A stretch of DNA of 60,136 nucleotides, filler included. It is 5 parts of 5 records of this genome, joined end to end, with 100 filler letters (N's around TTAATTAATTAA, not from the genome) between each part and the next. Parts side by side here need not be neighbours in the genome. Positions count along the whole stretch, not along the records: positions 1 to 11,141 come from DRR723986_13656; positions 11,242 to 18,432 come from DRR723986_13678; positions 18,533 to 32,134 come from DRR723986_13682; 2 more parts are not named here. One strand, written 5' to 3'. This document shows positions 10,377 to 18,856 of this stretch, piece by piece. Positions within the stretch are counted from its first letter, which is position 1. Each line of letters begins with the position of its first letter. The notes beneath the pieces were generated by a model. The model ran no database searches, was not told the DNA's origin, and was given only the letters and a program-made list of their open reading frames with translations. The translations under genes and the position numbers were made by a program.

Positions 10377-11141
10377 ATGATTGAACTTACTTTCCCCGAC
10401 AATTCCGTGCGCGAATACGCGGCAGGCACCACCGGTCTCGCCGTCGCCGAAGGCATTTCCAAGTCGCTGGCCAAAAAGGCTGTGGCGATGGCTCTCGACG
10501 GGGAACTGAAAGATCTCACCGACCCGATCAGCGGCAATCACCAGATCGAGATTGTCACCCGCGACGACCCGCGCGCCCTTGAACTGATCCGCCACGATGC
10601 GGCCCACGTCATGGCCGAAGCCGTGCAGGAACTTTGGCCCGGTACCCAGGTGACCATCGGTCCGGTGATCGAAAACGGCTTTTACTACGACTTCAAGCGC
10701 GTTCACCCGGACACGGGCGCCGACTGGCCGTTCACGCCGGAAGAGCTGCCGGTTATCGAAAAGAAGATGCGCGAGATCATCGGCCGCGGTGCGCAGTTCA
10801 CCAAGGAAGTGTGGAGCCGCGACGAAGCGAAGCGCTATTTCGCAGCCAAGGGCGAGGACTACAAGGTCGAGCTCGTTGATGCGATTCCGGAAGATCAGGA
10901 ACTCAAGATCTACAAGCAGGGCCAGTGGCTGGACCTGTGCCGGGGTCCGCATATGGTCTCCACCCGGCAGATCGGCGATGCCTTCAAGCTGATGAAGGTG
11001 GCCGGCGCCTACTGGCGCGGCGACAGCAACAACGAAATGCTGACGCGCATCTACGCAACGGCGTGGCACAGCGAGAAGGAGCTCAAAGCCTACCTTCACA
11101 TGCTGGAAGAGGCCGAAAAGCGCGACCACCGCAAGCTGGGC
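10377..11141 (+). CDS. thrS: Threonine--tRNA ligase (5' part, truncated by contig end)
   Basis: TGS domain, [33 protein letters not shown]. Confidence 0.97.
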
Positions 11142-11241
11142 NNNNNNNNNNNNNNNNNNNNNNNNNNNNNNNNNNNNNNNNNNNNTTAATTAATTAANNN
11201 NNNNNNNNNNNNNNNNNNNNNNNNNNNNNNNNNNNNNNNNN
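11142..11241. other. Artificial contig spacer
   Basis: 44 N + TTAATTAATTAA (stops in all six frames) + 44 N. Confidence 0.99.
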
Positions 11242-11420
11242 CAGCTGGTGGGGAAAACTTTTGATTCAAAATCTTTCCCGTTCACCGCCCAAGCCTGCCC
11301 TCTGAGAGTCTTTCAGAATGCCTTCAGCCGTAATTCCTTGTTTCTCAAAGAATGTAGACTTCCTCCCTCATCAGCAATTCGGTGAACTAATCTCGACACC
11401 TCTGCGACGCGCCTCCCACG

Positions 11421-11588
11421 ACAAACCGCAAGCCCAAATTCGTTTATCCACTCAATCTCAACTCCAACTCCTCAATCCCAAATCCTCAATCCTAAATCCT
11501 CAATCCCAACAAACCGCATGCCCCAGTTCCGTTTAAACACAAACCTCAATTCCCCAAACCTGAACTCCCAAAACCTCAATCCTCAATC
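11421..11588 (+). repeat. Degenerate short tandem repeats (7-mer AATCCTC/AATCCCA type, 15-mer AAACCTCAATTCCCC type)
   Basis: ctcaatcccaaatcctcaatcctaaatcctcaatccc at about 11471-11507; three 15-bp units from 11541; acaaaccgca..gcc...cgttta recurs at 11421 and 11509. Confidence 0.75.
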
Positions 11589-11734
11589 GCGCACGGCTGC
11601 CATGCAGCCGCTCCCGGCAGCCGGTAATTCAGACACTGATCATCCAGCTAAACAACAGGACATCAGAATCTCAACCACCAGCATGCCGGAAAGACGCTGC
11701 GTGTGTACTCCTGAAACAATCTATTGACTGCTTG

Positions 11735-13114
11735 TCACTCGCCTGCAAACCAGCTCCGCACCTTGGACCAAAAGCCGCGCGGCTCCCCGTCATCGTTGTC
11801 TTGAACCGGTAGAAACTGACCCATTGAGTCCCGGTTGCGTTGGCGAATGCTGTTAACATCCCAGCCCGTTAAACGGGCAAGCGCCTGCGCTGTCGTTTCC
11901 TGACGCTCGCGTAATTCAGCATGATAACTTTCTAATTCTTCACAGTCGGCGTCCCCCTTCCAGGCATGCCGAATCACGTAACGCCCCTGAAAACTCTGCT
12001 GGTCGCGTGTTTCAGTAAACACAATATCTTCCGGGAAGCCCGCATTCGTATAGCGCACATGCAGACGTGTTAAATGCACCGCAGTCGCTGGAATAGTTTG
12101 CTGCTCTGTAAAGAGGCCTGCGCCCATTTCGGCCAGTAGCTGAGAAGAAGGCTGCTGCGCCACACAGGGATCACACTTGGTAGCCAAACTCCAGCTATAT
12201 TCCGTCTGGATCGTGCGCATCCCCGTGTTTTTGATCTGATTGTCAAACATTGCCATGTAGAATTCACCAAACTCACTTTTGATCCAGGTAGGAATTTCAA
12301 TGTCTGTCGGAATCTTAACCGTGCGATAGTTGCTGCTCTCCACACGGCCATGCGGCGTCAGCATGATTATTGTCAAATCCTGCGGGCCTTTGGCATTAAC
12401 CGTGCCCAGGCGAATCGGCAGCATAAACTTCTCAGTTCTGAACTCAACCTGTAGCGGCCGCAAATTTGTAGCACCTGTGCGCGCCTGCTCCTCCAGATTA
12501 ACTTTGGCAACAAAAAAACGCATGTCGCGCTTGATGTATGCTTCCAGTACATCGTCGGCGCCATCCGGAATTTTGTACTGATTCTGTTTAAGCCAGGTCT
12601 GCAGGCCACCGCTGTCGCGTGCAGAGAGTATCAGAATTTCATATTCTTCAACTGTGTACTGCGTCTCAATCTGCACACCAAAGTCTTCAGAACTGGCCTC
12701 CATTCGATCCATCGTCACTGCAACTTCTCCAAAGCTCAGCAAATCATCCAGCTTAAACTTGCGTCTGTGGATTTCGCAAGGCGGTGGATCAAAGTATTCG
12801 GCCAGGCGTGGAGCGGTATAGTCATCCAGCGCATCAATTGAGCTGCGCGGTACAACGCGTACAGCCTGACGCTCGATGACTGTTGGTACCGGGATAATCA
12901 TCGCAAATTCATTCGGCTCACCTTCGTAGTCATTTTCCATCGTAATGACCGTACGCTCGCCGTAGCGTGCAAACACAACACGTGAAGAATTGTTATAGAG
13001 GGAGGCGTCGGCCTTGGCAGCGTAGAATCCGCAAAAGGACATTGCGGCGGGTGCACAAATTAACAGCATCAGCGCGGCAGCCGGCACGCTGCGGAAACAT
13101 GTGGAACATCTCAT
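11735..13114 (-). CDS. DUF2330-like exported protein
   Basis: Signal peptide then FCGFY.AKADASLYN, FAMIIPVP, TAPRLAEYFD, FFVAKVNL, KFMLPIRLG, KCDPC, LTRLHVRY, FQGRYVIRH. Confidence 0.85.
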   Translation of the reverse strand: MRCSTCFRSVPAAALMLLICAPAAMSFCGFYAAKADASLYNNSSRVVFARYGERTVITMENDYEGEPNEFAMIIPVPTVIERQAVRVVPRSSIDALDDYTAPRLAEYFDPPPCEIHRRKFKLDDLLSFGEVAVTMDRMEASSEDFGVQIETQYTVEEYEILILSARDSGGLQTWLKQNQYKIPDGADDVLEAYIKRDMRFFVAKVNLEEQARTGATNLRPLQVEFRTEKFMLPIRLGTVNAKGPQDLTIIMLTPHGRVESSNYRTVKIPTDIEIPTWIKSEFGEFYMAMFDNQIKNTGMRTIQTEYSWSLATKCDPCVAQQPSSQLLAEMGAGLFTEQQTIPATAVHLTRLHVRYTNAGFPEDIVFTETRDQQSFQGRYVIRHAWKGDADCEELESYHAELRERQETTAQALARLTGWDVNSIRQRNRDSMGQFLPVQDNDDGEPRGFWSKVRSWFAGE

Positions 13115-13151
13115 TCTGTCTGGCTCCGGGATGAAAGGTTGTTAACAATGT

Positions 13152-14594
13152 TTAACCGCTGAAAACCGAGCGAATGCCGCTCCAGATTCTTCCAAAAAAA
13201 CCGCGGTTAGAACGGTAGTTAGCAATCCATTCGGGAACAGAGACACGATATTGACGAATTTCTGCAAGCTCCCATCCTGTTAAATCCGCGAGCGCATGTT
13301 CCGATTCGTCTTCATATTCAAAGTAGTTTCTAAAGTATTGCGCTGAGAACTGACAGTCCGACAGTCTGGATGATTTTGTGAAATTGCGAATCGTGTACTC
13401 TATTTTGAATTTGCGTGTGTCGCGTGTCTCCTTAAGCATCACATCTTCCGGAAAAGTCTCCGAATCATAAATCGCATGCAAACGCGTTAAATGCATTTTA
13501 ATCTTGCTTTGCAGAAACTCAAATGGAATTCCCAGCTTGAACAACTCACTGTTTTTTTCGGCATGTGCACGTGTGGGACTCCTATATGGCAGCGGATACA
13601 TGTGGCTGTACTCTGTAAAAAGCACCGAATGATTTTCGCGTGCAGCCCGGTGCCTAAATGCCGCCCGGTAAAATCCGCTAAAGTCTCGCCCAATATAGTT
13701 GGGCAGCACCAACTGACTCTCCATTTCAACGGTGCGATAGTTACTACTCTCTACACGTCCATGTTCGCTTAACACAAACAGCTGCAGCTCCTGATGCCCA
13801 TCCGCATTAATTGTTCCCAGGCGCACCGGCAACATAAACTTGTCTGACTCAAAGCGCACCTGTAGCGGTCGCAGACGCTGAAAATCACTTGTCTGCGAGC
13901 TGCGATCCAGACTCACTTTGGCAACAAAAAACTGCATGTTGCGCTTAACATATGCATCAAGCACATCGCGCGCTCCTTCGGGTAAAATATAATCGTTCTC
14001 ACCCAGCCAGGTAAACAAAGCTGCTCCGTCGTCGGCCTCCAGATTCTGTATATCGTATTCGGCGACGCTATAGCTGGCCGTAACACGCACAGCCTCCTCT
14101 TTATCCAGCTCCGGTTTCAGATTAGCTGTTGGACCGCGCGAAGACCGGCTATTGCCGCGTGCAGACAGAGGCGAGGATTCACCGGTTGAGGAATTGTTTG
14201 GGCAGGGATCCGGATCCTGATAAACAAGCAGCCGCGGCGCACTTGTGCGCGCCAGCCTGTCGATAAGTGCCGGCTCTACAACTCGCACGTCTTCGCGCGT
14301 GATTTTTGTCGGCACCGGCACGATCATGCCAAACTCTGTTAGCGCTCCCTGATAATCGACTTCCATTGTGATTGCCGTCTGATTGCCAATCCGTACCATC
14401 ACTACACGCGATGAATTATTGAGCAATCGGGGACTCACACGCTCCTGCTCCCTGGCACTGCTGATGTCGATCTTGGCAGCACGCGGTGGCACGGGTTTAA
14501 TAAAACAGGAACAAGTGGCTTTGGATGAAATCGGAATAAAAGCTAGCCCCAGGGCAATCAGAGCGCAGCTACATGAAAACTTGAGGAAGTGCAT
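13152..14594 (-). CDS. Second, diverged DUF2330-like exported protein
   Basis: Shares NNSSRVV, FGMIVPVP, SAPRL, FFVAKV, KFMLPVRLG, GRVESSNYRTV and LTRLH with the neighbouring paralog. Confidence 0.82.
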   Translation of the reverse strand: MHFLKFSCSCALIALGLAFIPISSKATCSCFIKPVPPRAAKIDISSAREQERVSPRLLNNSSRVVMVRIGNQTAITMEVDYQGALTEFGMIVPVPTKITREDVRVVEPALIDRLARTSAPRLLVYQDPDPCPNNSSTGESSPLSARGNSRSSRGPTANLKPELDKEEAVRVTASYSVAEYDIQNLEADDGAALFTWLGENDYILPEGARDVLDAYVKRNMQFFVAKVSLDRSSQTSDFQRLRPLQVRFESDKFMLPVRLGTINADGHQELQLFVLSEHGRVESSNYRTVEMESQLVLPNYIGRDFSGFYRAAFRHRAARENHSVLFTEYSHMYPLPYRSPTRAHAEKNSELFKLGIPFEFLQSKIKMHLTRLHAIYDSETFPEDVMLKETRDTRKFKIEYTIRNFTKSSRLSDCQFSAQYFRNYFEYEDESEHALADLTGWELAEIRQYRVSVPEWIANYRSNRGFFGRIWSGIRSVFSG

Positions 14595-14597
14595 ATT

Positions 14598-15470
14598 TTA
14601 TCCAACGATTGTTGCTTGTTGTTTAAGTGTTGGGCGCGTAACAGCGGCATGTCCGGGCCACTCAAAACGCCGGCCGGGAATCAAAATGTTTAACAGTGGC
14701 ACAGTTGGAGAAAGAATGATTAACGCGTACAACACCGCCGCCGGCTCATAGAGTGCAAAACGCCCCCAGGCAGCCGCACAGGCTAATACTATCGCGTATA
14801 GTATCCGCGCCGAACGCGCATCCGGCGTCGTTTTGGGATCTGAAATCATAAAGAACGCAAAAATCAAAAGTGTACCGCTCTGCAACTGGTGAAGCGGAAT
14901 ACTCATCGGATCCCCATACCACAATGCCCGGCCAAATAAAATGGCCGCATAACTCAGTAAAAATGCAAAGGTGATGTCCGACCGTTCGGCCTTCTGGACC
15001 ACCAGATATCCGATGAACATCAAAGCCGCACCAGTTAGAGCGACGCTGCCCCACAGCCCCGGCGAAACCCAGGCATCGTTAAACAACAGCACAGCAATCA
15101 CGATCCCAAAATTGGTCGGATTAACAATGTGTCTCCCGCGGAAACGAATCAAAAACTTGCTGCCCACCGCAATCGCTGCCGCAGCTACCGCCGTCTCCAA
15201 CGATGTAGTTCGCAAAAGCAGAATTAAACTGCCGCTCGAAATCAATGCACTGCGCGGATCAAATGCGCGTGGGAATCCGCTTCCGCGCCCTGCCAGTTTT
15301 GTGCCCACAAACTGAACTATCAGCGCGGTAAGAATTATCCCAACTGCCTGCACTGCAACAATGTCCAGTTCCAAAACAAGGATGCCATAGAACAGTAAAC
15401 AGCTTAGTGCAAAAATCTGAAAATGCCTCGGGTCGGTGCGGCGTATGCCGCCAAGAAGTTTTTCTATCAT
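14598..15470 (-). CDS. RnfD/NqrB-like membrane protein (stand-alone)
   Basis: DPRHFQI, SKFLIRFRGRHIVNPTNFG, WVSPG.WG, FFMISDPKTTP; multiple TM helices. Confidence 0.82.
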   Translation of the reverse strand: MIEKLLGGIRRTDPRHFQIFALSCLLFYGILVLELDIVAVQAVGIILTALIVQFVGTKLAGRGSGFPRAFDPRSALISSGSLILLLRTTSLETAVAAAAIAVGSKFLIRFRGRHIVNPTNFGIVIAVLLFNDAWVSPGLWGSVALTGAALMFIGYLVVQKAERSDITFAFLLSYAAILFGRALWYGDPMSIPLHQLQSGTLLIFAFFMISDPKTTPDARSARILYAIVLACAAAWGRFALYEPAAVLYALIILSPTVPLLNILIPGRRFEWPGHAAVTRPTLKQQATIVG

Positions 15471-15674
15471 GATCCATCCCAATCTGGTCCTTGGCTTGTT
15501 AACAGCTGCTGCCTTCCGTCCCGTATTCGAACAGTAGAACATTCTATTGAAATTTTGTCACATGCATCGGTTACACCTCAGTGTCTTGCCTTGCGCCGGC
15601 CGCACATATTTGCTGCTTGGCATAAACAAGCTATTTTGTGGCTTCGCGTCCTCAAAGGTCTGTCCCTGGAAACG

Positions 15675-16334
15675 ATGGAAAAATCCGTCACACAACATAG
15701 CGCTTCAAATCCCGAAACTGCGAAAGAGCTGGATCTGCTGCGGCGTATTCAGGAGGGCGACCAGCGTGCTGAGTCGATCCTTTTTAATCGCTACAAAGAT
15801 GTCTTGCAGGCCATCGTGCGCAAACGTCTCGGCAATGCTTCTGCAGATGATGTCAATGATGTCTGTTCGGACGTTTTCCTGGCAATGCTGCACAGCCTGC
15901 GCGACGGTAAATTTGATGTCAGTAAAGGCCAGTCACTCGGCTCCTACCTCTATGGTATTGCAAGATTTAAGCTGATGGACTATCTGCGCAAGAAGTCGAC
16001 GCAGACCAGTCGCCTTGATGATCTCTCCCCCGCCCAGGAACCGTCAGTTTCCGAGGATAATTCAATCGAACAGGAAGAGCGTTCGCGTATGTTGCAGGAC
16101 GCGATGGAAAAACTCAAACCCAAGTACCGCGAAGTCCTGTATTTACGCTACTTCAAAGACCTTTCGATTCCCGAAATCAGCGAAGAACTGGGCCTGCCCA
16201 CGCGCCGCGTTAGTGAACGTATTCACTATGCGGTTAAACTCCTGCGTGAGCGCTGCCGTGGAACCGACCTCTTTTCAATATTTGTGATTCCATTCCGAAT
16301 TCCAGATGTGATTTGGAGAATCCTCGAACGCTAA
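15675..16334 (+). CDS. ECF-type RNA polymerase sigma factor
   Basis: Region 2 (DVCSDVFLAM...SYLYGIARFKLMDYLRK) and region 4 (REVLYLRYFKDLSIPEISEELG...RIHYAVKLLR). Confidence 0.9.
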   Translation: MEKSVTQHSASNPETAKELDLLRRIQEGDQRAESILFNRYKDVLQAIVRKRLGNASADDVNDVCSDVFLAMLHSLRDGKFDVSKGQSLGSYLYGIARFKLMDYLRKKSTQTSRLDDLSPAQEPSVSEDNSIEQEERSRMLQDAMEKLKPKYREVLYLRYFKDLSIPEISEELGLPTRRVSERIHYAVKLLRERCRGTDLFSIFVIPFRIPDVIWRILER

Positions 16335-17804
16335 ATGCAGATACACGCTAAAAATATCGACGAATGGCTGGATGACTATCTCCTGGGAAAACTCAGTGAG
16401 GCAGCTGAGCAGTCCGCCGAACTTGTCCTGTTTGAACATCCCGAACTGGGCGCTAGGCTCGATTTCCGTCAGGAAGTGATTCGCCAGGCACAATCCAATG
16501 GTGAGTCAATTTTTGCGGCCGAGATAAAACAGGAGCAGCAACACAAGGCTCAGGCGAATTCTGCGTCAGATTCTCACTCAAATTCGCGCGCCAAAACGAT
16601 TCCCTGGTGGGAGCAGTTGCTGCTTGGTCTGCGCCGCCCGGCAGTCATTGGTGGCCTCGCTACCGCTGCTGTCCTTGTAATCGTTTCAATTCAGTTGATT
16701 CGGCCGTCCGGCGAAGTTGCTATGGACCACGGCATGGCCATGCAACAGTCCGAAAGTCCCGCTCAAACGGATCAATCCGAACGTTCACTCCGTCGCAAAA
16801 TGATGGCCGAGCGCCTGGGAAGTTTACCGGCTGAAGAAGCTCTCGCAGCCGATAGTAACACGACGAATCTGACAGCGGCAGGCCAGCAAAATATATCCAC
16901 AAATAGTGCTCAAAATTCAATCGCTGACGCCATAGATGATAACACAACTCAGCCAAGTGCTGATGAAAATGGCATTCAAGCGATTTCTGATGATTCGGGT
17001 GCTTCCACCCCGGAGGCGATCGAGGATCAGGTAGATTACGACGTTATTGAAACCCTGGCGATGGCCGATACGGAAGTGGATTTTTCCAGTGATATGGAAT
17101 ATGCTGACAGCGATAGTGATGCTTTGATGCAAGCTCCGCCGCAGGAGTCGAACAATCCTGCAAAGCCCAATTCCCCCGAAGCCAGCAGGCAGGTGGACAG
17201 CAGCATTCAACGCATGGAAAACTCTGCTGCGCAGGATAACAATTCTACAACCGAGTTCGCCGAATTCAACCGGCTCAAGGTACAGAGCGATACAGCCATC
17301 CCGCAGCGCACCGAACTTGCACAATTTCGTTTTGATCCAAATGACTCAAGCTATATCGTTGACGGCGCAACATCCCTGCCCCAGTCCCGCGCTCTGAATC
17401 GCGGCGGTGAGTTTGGCAATAACGAAATGCGCGCCTTGAAAACCGTCTCCCCTTTTCCGGTCTACGACTCCGAGCGCGACACCCTGATTGTTCCCGAGTT
17501 TACTTCCCCTTTCGCAAGCCAACGCATGGCCGACAATGTGATCGGCCGTCTGTCAAATCCAGCCAATGGCGACAGCGTTTCGAGCAGTTCCAACCTTACG
17601 TTTGAATGGACCGAACGCCAGCCCGATAATTCTTACCTGATAATTGTGGAAGCCAACCGCAACGAAGTAGCACGTTTCAAAATTGGCTCCGACCTGCGCA
17701 CATTTACACCGCAAAACCTCGATCTCAGCCCCGGCCATTACGAGTGGTTTCTGGCCGCAGACAAATATTACAGCTTGCGCGCCAACTTCTACGTACGCGA
17801 TTAA
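16335..17804 (+). CDS. Putative transmembrane anti-sigma factor
   Basis: Starts immediately after the sigma stop. N-terminal LDDYLLGKLS helix, one TM segment, long acidic linker, C-terminal beta-rich domain. Confidence 0.65.
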   Translation: MQIHAKNIDEWLDDYLLGKLSEAAEQSAELVLFEHPELGARLDFRQEVIRQAQSNGESIFAAEIKQEQQHKAQANSASDSHSNSRAKTIPWWEQLLLGLRRPAVIGGLATAAVLVIVSIQLIRPSGEVAMDHGMAMQQSESPAQTDQSERSLRRKMMAERLGSLPAEEALAADSNTTNLTAAGQQNISTNSAQNSIADAIDDNTTQPSADENGIQAISDDSGASTPEAIEDQVDYDVIETLAMADTEVDFSSDMEYADSDSDALMQAPPQESNNPAKPNSPEASRQVDSSIQRMENSAAQDNNSTTEFAEFNRLKVQSDTAIPQRTELAQFRFDPNDSSYIVDGATSLPQSRALNRGGEFGNNEMRALKTVSPFPVYDSERDTLIVPEFTSPFASQRMADNVIGRLSNPANGDSVSSSSNLTFEWTERQPDNSYLIIVEANRNEVARFKIGSDLRTFTPQNLDLSPGHYEWFLAADKYYSLRANFYVRD

Positions 17805-18020
17805 AATGTCTCTCCACACAACTTCAGGTCCGCTGGTTTAGTGACTCTCTCCCTAAGACTCTGCATCGGGTCGGACGACTTATCTTATTATTTACTAAAG
17901 ACTTGAGTGCTTCGCCTCTCGCTGCGCTCTTGGGCTTGCTGTTTTCTTTTTGTTAGTTCTTGGGTCAGAATCCCACAGCCTTTGATCCTGTATTTTAGCC
18001 GCACAAATTCAAGGCTCGCT

Positions 18021-18432
18021 GATCCAGTCTCTCAAGTTCTTGACTCGCAGATCCGGTCTCTCAGGTTCTTGACTCGTTTAGGCTTCATCGCCAAACAGTC
18101 GATTCAAAAGCAAGTCCAAAGTTCTTTTTCCCATCAGCTCAAATCCTGCCGAAAACCTCAATCTCAGGGTAGCTCAGGGTAGCTGTTAGCCTTAGGCTAA
18201 CAGCTAGTGGAGACATTCCAATGCTCCACGAATCCAGCCGCTCAACAGCCCAGACTCCCCGTTAATAGTCATGCCAAGTGCGTTGAGACTAAATGCATTG
18301 ATCTCTTCAGGATTGTGATTCGCTGATCTTCGATTCTATCAAATTTTGAGCTGTGAGCCGCAAATACACGGGGCTCCGCGAGTCTCAAGACCTGTAGATT
18401 CGACGCTGTGAGCCCTTAGGGCTGTGAGCCGT
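18021..18432 (+). repeat. Cluster of short direct and inverted repeats
   Basis: GATCCRGTCTCTCARGTTCTTGACTCG x2 (18021, 18050); CTCAGGGTAG x2; hairpin TAGCTGTTAGCC-TTA-GGCTAACAGCTA (18180-18206); GCTGTGAGCC x3 (18350, 18405, 18421). Confidence 0.75.
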
Positions 18433-18532
18433 NNNNNNNNNNNNNNNNNNNNNNNNNNNNNNNNNNNNNNNNNNNNTTAATTAATTAANNNNNNNNNNNN
18501 NNNNNNNNNNNNNNNNNNNNNNNNNNNNNNNN
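18433..18532. other. Artificial contig spacer
   Basis: N-run with TTAATTAATTAA. Confidence 0.99.
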
Positions 18533-18773
18533 CGGCAAGGAATACCAGATGCTGGAGCTTCTCTCCCTGCGCAAGGGAACGACGCTCACCAAGGAGATGT
18601 TCCTGAACCATCTCTATGGCGGCATGGACGAGCCGGAACTGAAGATCATCGACGTGTTTATCTGTAAGCTTCGCAAGAAGCTGGCAGCTGCAACCTCCGG
18701 CAAGAACTACATCGAAACGGTGTGGGGCCGAGGTTACGTTCTGCGCGAGCCGGACGTCGAAGCAGCCGCCTGA
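18533..18773 (+). CDS. ctrA: Cell-cycle response regulator CtrA (3' part)
   Basis: [50 protein letters not shown]...IETVWGRGY. Confidence 0.97.
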
Positions 18774-18797
18774 TCCAGCATCAGACGTTGACGTTTT

Positions 18798-18825
18798 AAA
18801 AGCCCCGGCACTGCCGGGGCTTTTT
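18798..18825. terminator. Bidirectional intrinsic terminator
   Basis: AAAAGCCCCGGCA-C-TGCCGGGGCTTTTT between convergent genes. Confidence 0.9.
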
Positions 18826-18856
18826 GTTGTTGAGGGTTGGATGTGACAAGGCTGAT

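Noticed and set aside
11186-11197. TTAATTAATTAA as a regulatory or CtrA-like site
   Set aside because: Identical in all four N-spacers; an artificial linker.
18021-18432. CRISPR array
   Set aside because: Repeats are tandem or irregularly spaced, with no unique spacers of constant length and no cas genes.
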